This document shows, one piece after another, positions 1 through 7,622 of a stretch of 40,614 nt of DNA (positions are counted from its first letter, which is position 1; the number at the start of each line of letters is the position of its first letter). Location of the stretch: the UHGV virus genome UHGV-0081829; one strand, 5' to 3'. Position numbers and translations under genes: made by a program. The notes under the pieces are model-generated. The model searched no databases. It was not told where the DNA came from and saw only the letters and a list, made by a program, of their open reading frames with translations. The DNA comes from a virus.

Positions 1-302
1 TGGTCGCGGCGTTTGATGTATTGCTGGTTTCTTTCCCGTTCATCCAGCAGCGCCAGCACGGTAGCCGGATTGGCTGCGGCGATGAATTCAGCATTGGCCT
101 GCTGTTCCATTTGGAAATCTTCATCGAAACCGCTTTCAGGATGCGCTCCTTCAATTCTGCAAATGGGAAGATATCCAACAACGTCACGATGAATTAGCGC
201 ATCATCACAATCAAATCGGCTCTCTCCATATTCGAGCGACCACACACCACACGTTGCTTTCTCTGCCTTTTCACGCAGTGCCTGATAGTCAATCTTGCTC
301 AT
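1..302 (-). CDS. Ead/Ea22-like family protein, N-terminal part (C-terminus lies beyond the window start)
   Basis: Minus-strand ATG at 302-300 with AAGGAGG 6 nt upstream; own translation begins [16 protein letters not shown]... and stays open to position 1; N-terminus resembles Ea22-like proteins as recalled. Confidence 0.6.
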   Translation of the reverse strand, partial: MSKIDYQALREKAEKATCGVWSLEYGESRFDCDDALIHRDVVGYLPICRIEGAHPESGFDEDFQMEQQANAEFIAAANPATVLALLDERERNQQYIKRRD

Positions 303-466
303 TGGTTGCCTCCTTTGCGCAACATCGCATTCAGATATTTGTTGTCATTAACAGAACCGAAACTCTTTCTCTTAAGCGATTCCTCTCTCGATGGCATTGG
401 CTTTACGCGTTGGCGAATAATCATTTCTGCCGGAAGAATGCCGGGATTGTATGCAAGTCCTCTCAT
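299..466 (-). CDS. Hypothetical small protein
   Basis: Track ORF 299..499; best start is the ATG at 466 (GAGGAA 6 nt upstream); its stop overlaps the Ea22-like start (ATGA). Confidence 0.4.
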   Translation of the reverse strand: MRGLAYNPGILPAEMIIRQRVKPMPSREESLKRKSFGSVNDNKYLNAMLRKGGNQ

Positions 467-476
467 GGTAAATTCC

Positions 477-773
477 TCAGTCATTACTGATAGCGCCATA
501 GCGTGAGCGGTAATTACGCAGGCGCGGGTCGATATATTCAGGGAATTTGTCTATTGTCGCTTTTCGCAACGGTCTCATTGCTGTTTCGTTTGTTCGGTCC
601 TTCTCATCTTTTAACGCGAGTTGTATATCGCGTCGGTACATCCGTTCTGCTTTTGTTTCTGGTGGCAGAGCAAGAAACGCGTCGAAATTGTTTTTGATAT
701 TTTCCAGCACCTCCGCCTTGGAGCTACCGGAGCAGTTGCGCTGGTCATCCGCACCATACAGAGGCGCTGGCAT
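477..773 (-). CDS. Hypothetical protein
   Basis: 98-aa ORF in the leftward operon; ATG at 773 with AAGG about 9 nt upstream; fills the gap between neighbours. Confidence 0.5.
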   Translation of the reverse strand: MPAPLYGADDQRNCSGSSKAEVLENIKNNFDAFLALPPETKAERMYRRDIQLALKDEKDRTNETAMRPLRKATIDKFPEYIDPRLRNYRSRYGAISND

Positions 774-796
774 AATGGGAGCCTTATTTTCAGTAA

Positions 797-1384
797 TCAG
801 AAAGGAGGGTAATCGTTCTGGCTGTAACCATAATCATCTGCATGATTCTGGCTTACGTTTTTAGAGCGATTGTCTTTATCTTTGAGATTGGCAACCATGT
901 TGGCGATAGTTTCTGGTTGCTTGCCTTCTGCCTTTTCTTTAAGGGTTTGACCTGTTTGTGCAATAAACGGGATGCGTATTTCCATCTGGTAGCTGTCTGC
1001 GCCAGTCTTTTTGTTTGTGGTTAATACTTTCTGGAGCACTAACCCGATTTTCTTTCCATGAAATTCAGGAGCAACAAATTTACTGGCGGAAACCATATGT
1101 TGCGTTAATTGTCCAATCCCGGCACACCCCATCATGGCGTGGACGACATTTGCGCCAAATTTATTTTCCGCTCCATCATTTTTCTGAACACAAACGCTAA
1201 GATATTGGATTTTACGTCCGTCGTCGGATTCGCCAGAAAACTCAATAAATTTGGCTCCTTTTTCTGATTGTTTTAGTTCTGCTTCAGTAATGGTAATGAT
1301 ATGAGCGCCAGTTTCGTTAATAAAACCACCTTGCCCTGCGGTCAGTGCTGCTTCTTCGTTATAAGTAAAAATTACGTTGCTCAT
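797..1384 (-). CDS. Sak4-partner protein, DUF669-like (putative ssDNA-binding/recombination accessory)
   Basis: 195-aa ORF whose start overlaps the stop of the upstream ATPase gene by 4 nt (1381-1384); pairing with a Sak4-type ATPase is typical; family name from memory. Confidence 0.5.
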   Translation of the reverse strand: MSNVIFTYNEEAALTAGQGGFINETGAHIITITEAELKQSEKGAKFIEFSGESDDGRKIQYLSVCVQKNDGAENKFGANVVHAMMGCAGIGQLTQHMVSASKFVAPEFHGKKIGLVLQKVLTTNKKTGADSYQMEIRIPFIAQTGQTLKEKAEGKQPETIANMVANLKDKDNRSKNVSQNHADDYGYSQNDYPPF

Positions 1385-2061
1385 GCGGCGTTTTCCTTAA
1401 TTTGATGAACATTATTGATGCCGTAGTAATCACAAACAGTGGCATCGACGAAAGAGAGATCGTTATCAATCTCATTGGAATCAAACATTCCCATTGGGGA
1501 TTTAACAGTGTCTGCACCGTTGTTTTTCGTGGTGAAAAAGAACTGGTCATCGCGGGTAAGAGTGCGAAGAACTATAGTAAACATGCCTTCGACAGTGATT
1601 TTCTCGTCCAGCATTTTGCCGATAGTTTTCATTTTCACGCGCCCCATAGGGGTTTCTTCGGTGTGCGCAAGAAAATAGACTCTCAGGTCATCAGGTGCAT
1701 CCTGTGCAGCCTTAATCACCTCCCATGCGTGGCGGCCTATCTCAGTAAATTTATCAAACGATTTTTCTTCTGAGCGACGCATAAACTCATTGCTCATCAC
1801 ATACTGGAAGTCATCAACAATAACGATTCTTTTCCCGTATTCGTGAGCACGCTTAATTACGGCAACTATTACATCCCATTTGTCAGTGGTAACTACGGTT
1901 CCTTTTTTTGCTCTGGCATCCCATGCCAGCCAGTCTTTTGATTTAAATGGTAGCGGCTTGCCTATTGGTTTTATAAGTATTGCTTCCTCTGGATTGATAT
2001 TTCTCATGCTGGTTGATTTTCCGGTGCCAGACTCACCGAGTATTAATGTCGCAGTTCCCAT
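1381..2061 (-). CDS. Sak4-like RecA-fold ATPase (AAA family, recombination)
   Basis: N-terminal Walker A GESGTGKST, Walker B-like IVIVDDF, about 226 aa; GAGG 7 nt before the ATG at 2061. Confidence 0.75.
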   Translation of the reverse strand: MGTATLILGESGTGKSTSMRNINPEEAILIKPIGKPLPFKSKDWLAWDARAKKGTVVTTDKWDVIVAVIKRAHEYGKRIVIVDDFQYVMSNEFMRRSEEKSFDKFTEIGRHAWEVIKAAQDAPDDLRVYFLAHTEETPMGRVKMKTIGKMLDEKITVEGMFTIVLRTLTRDDQFFFTTKNNGADTVKSPMGMFDSNEIDNDLSFVDATVCDYYGINNVHQIKENAA

Positions 2062-2069
2062 AATTTGCC

Positions 2070-2258
2070 TCAGAATGGTAATTCGGATGGGGAGGAAAGA
2101 AACTCGCGCTCATTCATGCGCTCTCTTTGTGCCTGCCATAAACAAAGTTGTTTCTTTGATTTATCTCCCGCTTTACGCCAGTAACGAGCCTCAGCAATGT
2201 GATATTCTCTTTTTAATCGACTTAACTCTGGAGTTTTCGCCAGTTCTACCGGAATCAT
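2070..2258 (-). CDS. Hypothetical small protein
   Basis: Track ORF 2070..2270; the internal ATG at 2258 has GGAGG 6 nt upstream and overlaps the upstream stop (ATGA). Confidence 0.4.
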   Translation of the reverse strand: MIPVELAKTPELSRLKREYHIAEARYWRKAGDKSKKQLCLWQAQRERMNEREFLSSPSELPF

Positions 2259-2494
2259 TTTGACCTCCATTTCCTGTAGGCTTCGACGGCCTCACGAAAC
2301 ATCTTTTCATCGCCAATAAAAGTGGCGATAGTGAATTTAGTCTGGATAGCCATAAGTGTTTTATCCATTTTTGGGAACTCCTGGCTGATTAAGTACGTCG
2401 ATGAGTCGTTTCCATCCGTCACGTAATTTACGGGTGATTCGTTCAAGTAAAGATTCGGAAGGGCAGCCAGCAACAGGCCACCCTGCAATGGCAT
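2255..2494 (-). CDS. Hypothetical small protein (start uncertain)
   Basis: 79-aa track ORF; a strong AAGGAG at about 2512-2517 actually serves an ATG in another frame (about 45-aa ORF), and an internal ATG (MDKTLMAIQ...) is an alternative start; gene model unresolved. Confidence 0.3.
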   Translation of the reverse strand: MPLQGGLLLAALPNLYLNESPVNYVTDGNDSSTYLISQEFPKMDKTLMAIQTKFTIATFIGDEKMFREAVEAYRKWRSK

Positions 2495-2589
2495 ATTGCA
2501 TGGTGTGCTCCTTATTTACGCTTTAAATTGCTCCGTGTATTCACTCGTTGGAATGAATACACAGCGCAGTGTTTATTCTGTTGTTAGTG

Positions 2590-2607
2590 CCAAAAATAAA
2601 GGCCGAC
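2590..2607 (-). terminator. Candidate intrinsic terminator after the membrane-protein gene
   Basis: Minus strand reads AGGCC-acatagtc-GGCCT followed by TTTATTTTT, immediately downstream of the 2622 stop. Confidence 0.4.
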
Positions 2608-2621
2608 TATGTGGCCTGAAA

Positions 2622-2987
2622 TTACTTAACCAATGATGCTGCATATTCGATAAGGTAAAGCTTTGGAGCAAGCCAAATTTTTAACCAGTCGAAATAATTG
2701 AAGAAAACAACAATAGAAGTAATCGCTATTCCTGATGTTACAAGTAGCGATAAAAGAACAATATCCGCATCATCTCCTTTATTCCATGCAAAAATCATCA
2801 GATAAACACATGCTATAATCACCAATACACAGAGAGCCTGAATCCCAGCTGATGATACGGCGTGCCACATCAAAAGCTGATGGATAACATCAGGAATCTG
2901 TGCTTGGCTAAATGAAACAGCCGCATCTATTCCATTGCTGGCTTTTTGCAGTAGTTCTACGAGAATCTTGTTTGCTTGTTCTTCCAT
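2622..2987 (-). CDS. Small membrane protein (two predicted TM helices), hypothetical
   Basis: 121 aa with hydrophobic stretches LCVLVIIACVYLMIFAW and LLSLLVTSGIAITSIVVFF; ATG at 2987 with AAGGTGA upstream. Confidence 0.55.
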   Translation of the reverse strand: MEEQANKILVELLQKASNGIDAAVSFSQAQIPDVIHQLLMWHAVSSAGIQALCVLVIIACVYLMIFAWNKGDDADIVLLSLLVTSGIAITSIVVFFNYFDWLKIWLAPKLYLIEYAASLVK

Positions 2988-3126
2988 ATATCACCTTAAA
3001 TAGTGGTTTGCGGTAGTAAAGATTGCGCCTGTCTTTTAACCACATCAGGCTCGGTGGTTCCTTCACTTTCCACAGTCAAAGGAAATGGGTAGACTGTTGT
3101 TTCCACAGTCAAAAGAAGGAGTTCAC

Positions 3127-3381
3127 ATGTCAGATGTATCTCTTGTTAAAATCATTGAGGATTTAAACGACAGAGTTTCAAAACTGAGCACTGAAAACCT
3201 CGCACTCCAGCAAGCGATCATTTCGATAGTTTCTGCTATGCCGCCTGAGCAATCATCACATGCAAAAAAGCATCTTGATGAAGTTATTAAGTTTGTTGAG
3301 AAGGAGGGTTCAGCGGCTGCTATTGAGGTGCTGGAAGTTCAGAAACCGATTTATCAAATGCTTTTCGCTCACGTGAAATAG
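3127..3381 (+). CDS. Hypothetical protein encoded antisense to the leftward early operon
   Basis: ATG at 3127 with AAGGAG 5 nt upstream (MSDVSLVK...); preceded by two 14-bp direct repeats; track ORF 3085..3381. Confidence 0.45.
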   Translation: MSDVSLVKIIEDLNDRVSKLSTENLALQQAIISIVSAMPPEQSSHAKKHLDEVIKFVEKEGSAAAIEVLEVQKPIYQMLFAHVK

Positions 3382-3736
3382 TTTCTGCCTGATTAATCAT
3401 TACCTGAGCCTGCTGGCGAATAGCTTCACTGGCAGGCTCTTTTGTTAAGAGTTGTGTGAAACCAGCGATAATGTTGCTGGCTAACATCTCAAACCGTTTT
3501 TTCTGAATATCTCTTGATTCTTCATCAATTGGGGGTTCAATATTGCTTAGTGCCGTTACATATACGTGAATTGCCGCTGACCGGACATCATCAGGAAGAT
3601 GTTCAAGTGTACTGGCTCTTGTTTTTACAAGTTCGATAATATTTGCCTTCTTAATATCTTCAGTTTTTTCATCAATTACTGATATAAAATTTTTTACTGA
3701 TGCTTCTAAAGAGCTTTCTAATTTACTTAAATCCAT
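3320..3736 (-). CDS. Hypothetical protein downstream of N
   Basis: ATG at 3736 (MDLSKLESS...) with GAGGT 5 nt upstream, directly after the N stop; 3' end overlaps the plus-strand gene by 62 nt. Confidence 0.45.
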   Translation of the reverse strand: MDLSKLESSLEASVKNFISVIDEKTEDIKKANIIELVKTRASTLEHLPDDVRSAAIHVYVTALSNIEPPIDEESRDIQKKRFEMLASNIIAGFTQLLTKEPASEAIRQQAQVMINQAETISRERKAFDKSVSELPAPQ

Positions 3737-3738
3737 AA

Positions 3739-4047
3739 TTACCTCGCCGTCAGTTGTTTTGATTTCCGGTAGCCTGCCGCGTAAATGGCTACGTTTGGCA
3801 GGCAAATACTTCCACTGCATTCGTCGGTATTTTGGTTACGAATGTTGCCGAGTGATATTGCTTTTTCAGAAAGGCTTAAACGCTTTCTTGGGGATTCCTG
3901 AACAGGTTCCTCACTGTCTGTGCCGAAGATAGAATCAATGATGTTGCAGATGGCATCACGCTCGATAGCCAGCTTTCTGCGCCGCTCATGACGGCGAGTT
4001 TTGGCATTTCCTGCAAATGTTGATTTTCCGTACACGATTACCGTCAT
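3739..4047 (-). CDS. N: Early antitermination protein N (P22 gene 24 type)
   Basis: Begins MTVIVYGKSTFAGNAKTRRHERRRKLAIERD with an arginine-rich motif, ends ...AAGYRKSKQLTAR, closely matching P22 gp24 as recalled; GAGGAAAA before the ATG at 4047. Confidence 0.8.
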   Translation of the reverse strand: MTVIVYGKSTFAGNAKTRRHERRRKLAIERDAICNIIDSIFGTDSEEPVQESPRKRLSLSEKAISLGNIRNQNTDECSGSICLPNVAIYAAGYRKSKQLTAR

Positions 4048-4166
4048 GATATTTTCCTCATGTGAAATGGCTTTGGTGGTGATGCGCCAGGTGCTGATCT
4101 TCTGGTTGCTGTCGTTGCAGCTGCAATTCACATCACCGCCAAACCCATCTCGTTTGGTATCTGTTT

Positions 4167-4200
4167 GCGCTTTGTCAGCGCCCCATCGAAGTTAAAGAGC
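4167..4200 (-). promoter_or_regulatory. nutL site (boxA GCTCTTTAAC, boxB hairpin GCGCT-GACAA-AGCGC)
   Basis: Minus strand reads GCTCTTTAAC, 9 nt, then GCGCTGACAAAGCGC, upstream of N in the leftward transcript. Confidence 0.6.
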
Positions 4201-4452
4201 CTGCCAATCTGTTCCGTTTGGCTTCCAGCTTCCTGCTGATGGCTAAATAGTACGATGTGTACTTTATTGAGTCAATACAAAATGTTCTAAATGTTGTTAG
4301 TTTTTTATAACATATTGTATTTTATGGATTTGTTTTTTGCAGGGGGAATTGTTTGGTATGTGAGGGATCAGAATTGCACTGTTTAGCAAGTTGTATCTAT
4401 CAATTTTTCAATAAATACAATTGGTTATTGTGTTATTAGGTGTGTGGATCGT

Positions 4453-4483
4453 GAGGAAAAGAAAACCCGGCGCTGAGGCCGGG
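4453..4483 (-). terminator. Intrinsic terminator ending the cI cargo operon
   Basis: Stem CCCGGC/GCCGGG with a 6-nt loop (4466-4483), followed on the minus strand by TTTTCTTTT, 6 nt past the stop at 4489. Confidence 0.7.
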
Positions 4484-4488
4484 TTGTA

Positions 4489-5241
4489 TTATGCTGCAAG
4501 TCTCTTAACCCAAGTCTCTCTTTTGGAGAATGGTAGAACTTGGCTTGATTCATGGAAGAGTAAGGAGAGTTGTTGCATTTGGTCACCAATTGCTTCGCTG
4601 TCTATAACAACAAATCTGTTGTTATACTCCTCACTTGAAGCTTTAAGATCAATTAGTTTCCCAAGCAATGAGTAAGCACTATTCCAGCTTCCTCCGTGTT
4701 TCACGCTTGATGTAAAAACGTATTTAGGTATGTCGGTTTTTATTGTTACAGGGACGGTAATTTGATGTCCACTCAAGCCATATACGTTTTCACGAAGAGA
4801 AAGTGCGTCTCTAAGCTCTGTGTGATATAGATAATCAATAACCATACTTTCAAACTTTTCAGCTTGAACTGGCTGATACCAGTCTAACGACAAAGTTGAT
4901 GCGAGTATACCAGCTCTAATTATGTTCGATGTAATAGCACCGACATCCTTTTCTGTTGCCCAAGCAATGATTTCTCCTCGATCATTGAGCTCTGCGCCTT
5001 CTTTAAGCAGTAATTGTCGTATCTCATCAAGTCGTTTTTTGGTAAGCGAGATCCCTCTTGCCTCCATATTCATTAAGGCATCGCATCTGTCACTAACTAA
5101 ATACCTACCATTGACTTCACGGATAAAGGCACCGACATGCTCTCCATCATCACAGTAAGTGAATGGACTGATAATTCTCAAGGTCTTGCCCATTGGATGG
5201 CATTCGAAACCTAGTTGTGAGATCACTGTTGAGCACATCAT
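4489..5241 (-). CDS. Hypothetical 250-aa protein, third gene of the cI-downstream cargo cassette
   Basis: ATG at 5241 overlaps the upstream stop (ATGATG/TGA at 5236-5241); no family recognised; AT-rich by eye. Confidence 0.5.
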   Translation of the reverse strand: MMCSTVISQLGFECHPMGKTLRIISPFTYCDDGEHVGAFIREVNGRYLVSDRCDALMNMEARGISLTKKRLDEIRQLLLKEGAELNDRGEIIAWATEKDVGAITSNIIRAGILASTLSLDWYQPVQAEKFESMVIDYLYHTELRDALSLRENVYGLSGHQITVPVTIKTDIPKYVFTSSVKHGGSWNSAYSLLGKLIDLKASSEEYNNRFVVIDSEAIGDQMQQLSLLFHESSQVLPFSKRETWVKRLAA

Positions 5242-5795
5242 ATTCCAAACCCCATTTGCCCCGACTCATCTTCAAGTGGTAAAGGTATTCTCCCAGAGTA
5301 AGTTATGTTCAGATGTTTACAGAAGTAATTCCAATACCCTACCAGGTCATCTGGGTTTATGTCATCTTCGATTGGAAACGCTATTCTATCACTATAGTAT
5401 CCAGCTTCTTCATAGTATACATGGTAGTGAGCACCGTAAATGATATCTTGGTACTTCGGATGATCGACCTTGTAACTATTCGTGTGTTTGTCAAAGTGAT
5501 AGGTATCTACCGCGAAAACCCTCTTGTTATGATAGAAAGCAATAATATTTATTTTAGGGTAAGAAATCGGGTCATCAGGTTCTGAATCCTGATCTGGTTT
5601 CCATTTCAGTTCAAACTTTAGCCCTTGTATAGGTATACAATCCTCATCCAAGGGGATGATATGAGCTTGTAGCCACATATCAGAGCGACTTGGTTTCTGT
5701 TTCCATTTAACTCCAGAAAAGTTAACTATTTTTTTACAATAAAGTACTTTATCAACTTCTATTTGGCTTGGCTGATAATCATCTATTTTTGCCAA
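5238..5795 (-). CDS. Hypothetical 185-aa protein, second gene of the cargo cassette (start uncertain: TTG at 5795 or ATG at 5678)
   Basis: Track ORF starts on TTG; first in-frame ATG is at 5678; rich in Tyr/His/Asp/Pro (..YGAHYHVYYEEAGYY..); no family recognised. Confidence 0.45.
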   Translation of the reverse strand: MAKIDDYQPSQIEVDKVLYCKKIVNFSGVKWKQKPSRSDMWLQAHIIPLDEDCIPIQGLKFELKWKPDQDSEPDDPISYPKINIIAFYHNKRVFAVDTYHFDKHTNSYKVDHPKYQDIIYGAHYHVYYEEAGYYSDRIAFPIEDDINPDDLVGYWNYFCKHLNITYSGRIPLPLEDESGQMGFGI

Positions 5796-5854
5796 TGTTT
5801 ACCGCCCTGTAAATTGTAGATAAAAGAGGTTTCATCACCCAAACGTCTCTTCAC

Positions 5855-6196
5855 TCATCCGAAGAAGCAGCAATCCGGGTCAGCACGCACAAGCTCAAGC
5901 GCATCGGTCAGCGAAAGCTCAGTACTGTACTGATGCCATTTCATATCCTTCCGCATCCAATAGATTTTCCATCTATCCAGAGAACGTATGTACTTGATTC
6001 TTGCTGATGGCAGGATGTTTGTTTCACCAGGATTGCCCTGCCACACGGGGCGCTGTTCACCGATATCTATCGTTTGGTCATTGATGCTATAAACAATATC
6101 CAGTTCATTGCGGATATGTTCAGGCGGCCTTATGCTTTCAATGAATTGGTGAACTTCTTTTTTTACTGCTTGATATTCAAGGTCAGTGAACGCCAT
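5855..6196 (-). CDS. Hypothetical 113-aa protein immediately downstream of cI (possibly DUF3024-like, unverified)
   Basis: AAGGAGG 5 nt before the ATG at 6196, only 9 nt after the cI stop; Trp-rich C-terminal half; flanked by a 17-bp direct repeat. Confidence 0.55.
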   Translation of the reverse strand: MAFTDLEYQAVKKEVHQFIESIRPPEHIRNELDIVYSINDQTIDIGEQRPVWQGNPGETNILPSARIKYIRSLDRWKIYWMRKDMKWHQYSTELSLTDALELVRADPDCCFFG

Positions 6197-6205
6197 CTAT
6201 CCTCC

Positions 6206-6865
6206 TTACCCAAACGTCTCTTCAGGCCATTGACTGGCGATAACCTTGCCTACAATGTTGCAGTTCTCATTGCATGGGATGATTGGAAACTGCGGGTTAA
6301 GTGGTTGCAAAAACACTTGCCCACTATCTTTGATCAGTTTTTTGAATGTGAATTCATCGCCACCAAGTCTAGCGATACAGAAATCACCAGGATCAACAGG
6401 TTGTTCAGGGTCAACCAAGATTAACATTCCATCAGGAAAACTTGGTTTCAATCCTGCCGGAGCTGTCATTGAGTTGCCTTCAACCTCAAGCCAGAATGCA
6501 GAATCACTGGCTTTTTTGGTTGTGCTTACCCATCTCTCCGCATCACCTTTGGTAAAGGTTCTAAGCTCAGGCGAGAACATCCCGGCCTGAACATGAGAAA
6601 AAACAGGGTACTCATATTGTTTTTTAACGGGGGCAGATGAGTATTCGCCAACAGGTGAAAATGTACCGTCGTGGTTGAACGAGACGTTATCAATACCAAG
6701 GTATTTAAACACCATACCAATCTCGTCAAGAGATGGATGACGAGATCCGCGCAACCAGTGACCAATTCCACCCTGCGTCATACCAAGCTCTTCAGCTAAC
6801 TTCTCTTGAGTTATGCCGAGTTCTTTCATTCTGGATCTAGCCAGTTCATACCATTTCATTTTCAT
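6206..6865 (-). CDS. cI: CI-type repressor (XRE HTH + S24 LexA-like peptidase domain)
   Basis: [26 protein letters not shown]; C-terminal GNSM and FKKL Ser/Lys dyad context; C-terminal domain resembles P22 C2; start at 6865 or 6859 (MKMKWYEL, second ATG has better AAGGA spacing). Confidence 0.85.
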   Translation of the reverse strand: MKMKWYELARSRMKELGITQEKLAEELGMTQGGIGHWLRGSRHPSLDEIGMVFKYLGIDNVSFNHDGTFSPVGEYSSAPVKKQYEYPVFSHVQAGMFSPELRTFTKGDAERWVSTTKKASDSAFWLEVEGNSMTAPAGLKPSFPDGMLILVDPEQPVDPGDFCIARLGGDEFTFKKLIKDSGQVFLQPLNPQFPIIPCNENCNIVGKVIASQWPEETFG

Positions 6866-6976
6866 ATCCTTATTATTACGCTCTGTACTAAAATCATCCA
6901 TGCACAAGATGTATTTTTTGTTTGCATTCCAAAAGTACATATCGTATTATTGTTTCATGGTTACTATGGAGGGCAT
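6866..6976. promoter_or_regulatory. OR/pR/pRM divergent control region between cI and cro
   Basis: 110-bp AT-rich spacer between divergent genes; GTACT (6885-6889) and AGTAC (6935-6939) half-site-like motifs; candidate pR at 6922-6950. Confidence 0.5.
6922..6950 (+). promoter_or_regulatory. Candidate pR promoter (-35 TTGCAT, 17-bp spacer, -10 TATTAT)
   Basis: TTGCAT at 6922-6927 and TATTAT at 6945-6950, about 27 nt upstream of the cro ATG; the AGTAC motif lies in the spacer. Confidence 0.45.
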
Positions 6977-7192
6977 ATGAGCAACCTACGAAAATATCGA
7001 GAGTCACTGAATATCTCTCAAACAACACTTGCTAAGGCGGTTGGATGCACACAGGGAGCTATCGGACATTGGGAATCTGGTCGTCGCTTCCCAGACCTTA
7101 AAACATGCCGTGCTCTTGTTGCGTGCCTAAACAAGTTAGGCGCAAAAGTCAGTCTTGATGACGTGTTTCCACCGGAACACAAAGCCGCTTAA
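6977..7192 (+). CDS. cro: Cro-like HTH repressor
   Basis: ATG at 6977 with GGAGGG upstream; 71 aa; HTH ISQTTLAKAVGCTQGAIGHWESG; divergent from cI. Confidence 0.7.
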   Translation: MSNLRKYRESLNISQTTLAKAVGCTQGAIGHWESGRRFPDLKTCRALVACLNKLGAKVSLDDVFPPEHKAA

Positions 7193-7202
7193 TAAGCGGA
7201 TC

Positions 7203-7237
7203 CGCTCTTTATCAATCTGCACCGCCGACAACGCGGT
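7203..7237 (+). promoter_or_regulatory. nutR site (boxA CGCTCTTTA, boxB ACCGC-CGACAAC-GCGGT)
   Basis: CGCTCTTTA at 7203-7211 and a GACAA-loop hairpin at 7221-7237 just after the cro stop; shares motifs with nutL. Confidence 0.45.
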
Positions 7238-7301
7238 AACTAATTAAGCACTCATCGAAAGATGAGTATTAGTGATTATTTACCTATGGAAATAGTAAGA
7301 A

Positions 7302-7601
7302 ATGGAACAAACAAGTTACAGCAAACTATCACAGCGTGACGTTGATCGCGCAGAAACAGATTTACTCATCAACCTGTCAACGCTTACCCAGCGCGGTCTG
7401 GCAAAGATGATTGGCTGTCATGAATCAAAGATAAGCAGAACGGACTGGAGATTTATTGCTTCGGTCTTGTGTGCTTTTGGAATGGCATCAGACATTAGCC
7501 CGATTAGCAGGGCTTTTAAGTATGCGCTTGATGGACTCACCAATAAAAAACGCCCGGTGTGCAAGACCGAGCGTTCTGAACAAATCCAGATGGATTTTTA
7601 A
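7302..7601 (+). CDS. cII: CII transcriptional activator
   Basis: 99 aa; C-terminus ...LTNKKRPVCKTERSEQIQMDF matches lambda CII (...LTNKKRPAATERSEQIQMEF) as recalled. Confidence 0.85.
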   Translation: MEQTSYSKLSQRDVDRAETDLLINLSTLTQRGLAKMIGCHESKISRTDWRFIASVLCAFGMASDISPISRAFKYALDGLTNKKRPVCKTERSEQIQMDF

Positions 7602-7622
7602 CTGCTTTCTATGGAGTTAATT

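Noticed and set aside
2541-2568. Perfect 9-bp inverted repeat GTGTATTCA...TGAATACAC as a terminator
   Set aside because: No adjacent U-run on either strand; may be a protein-binding site or RNA structure, but evidence is insufficient to call a function.
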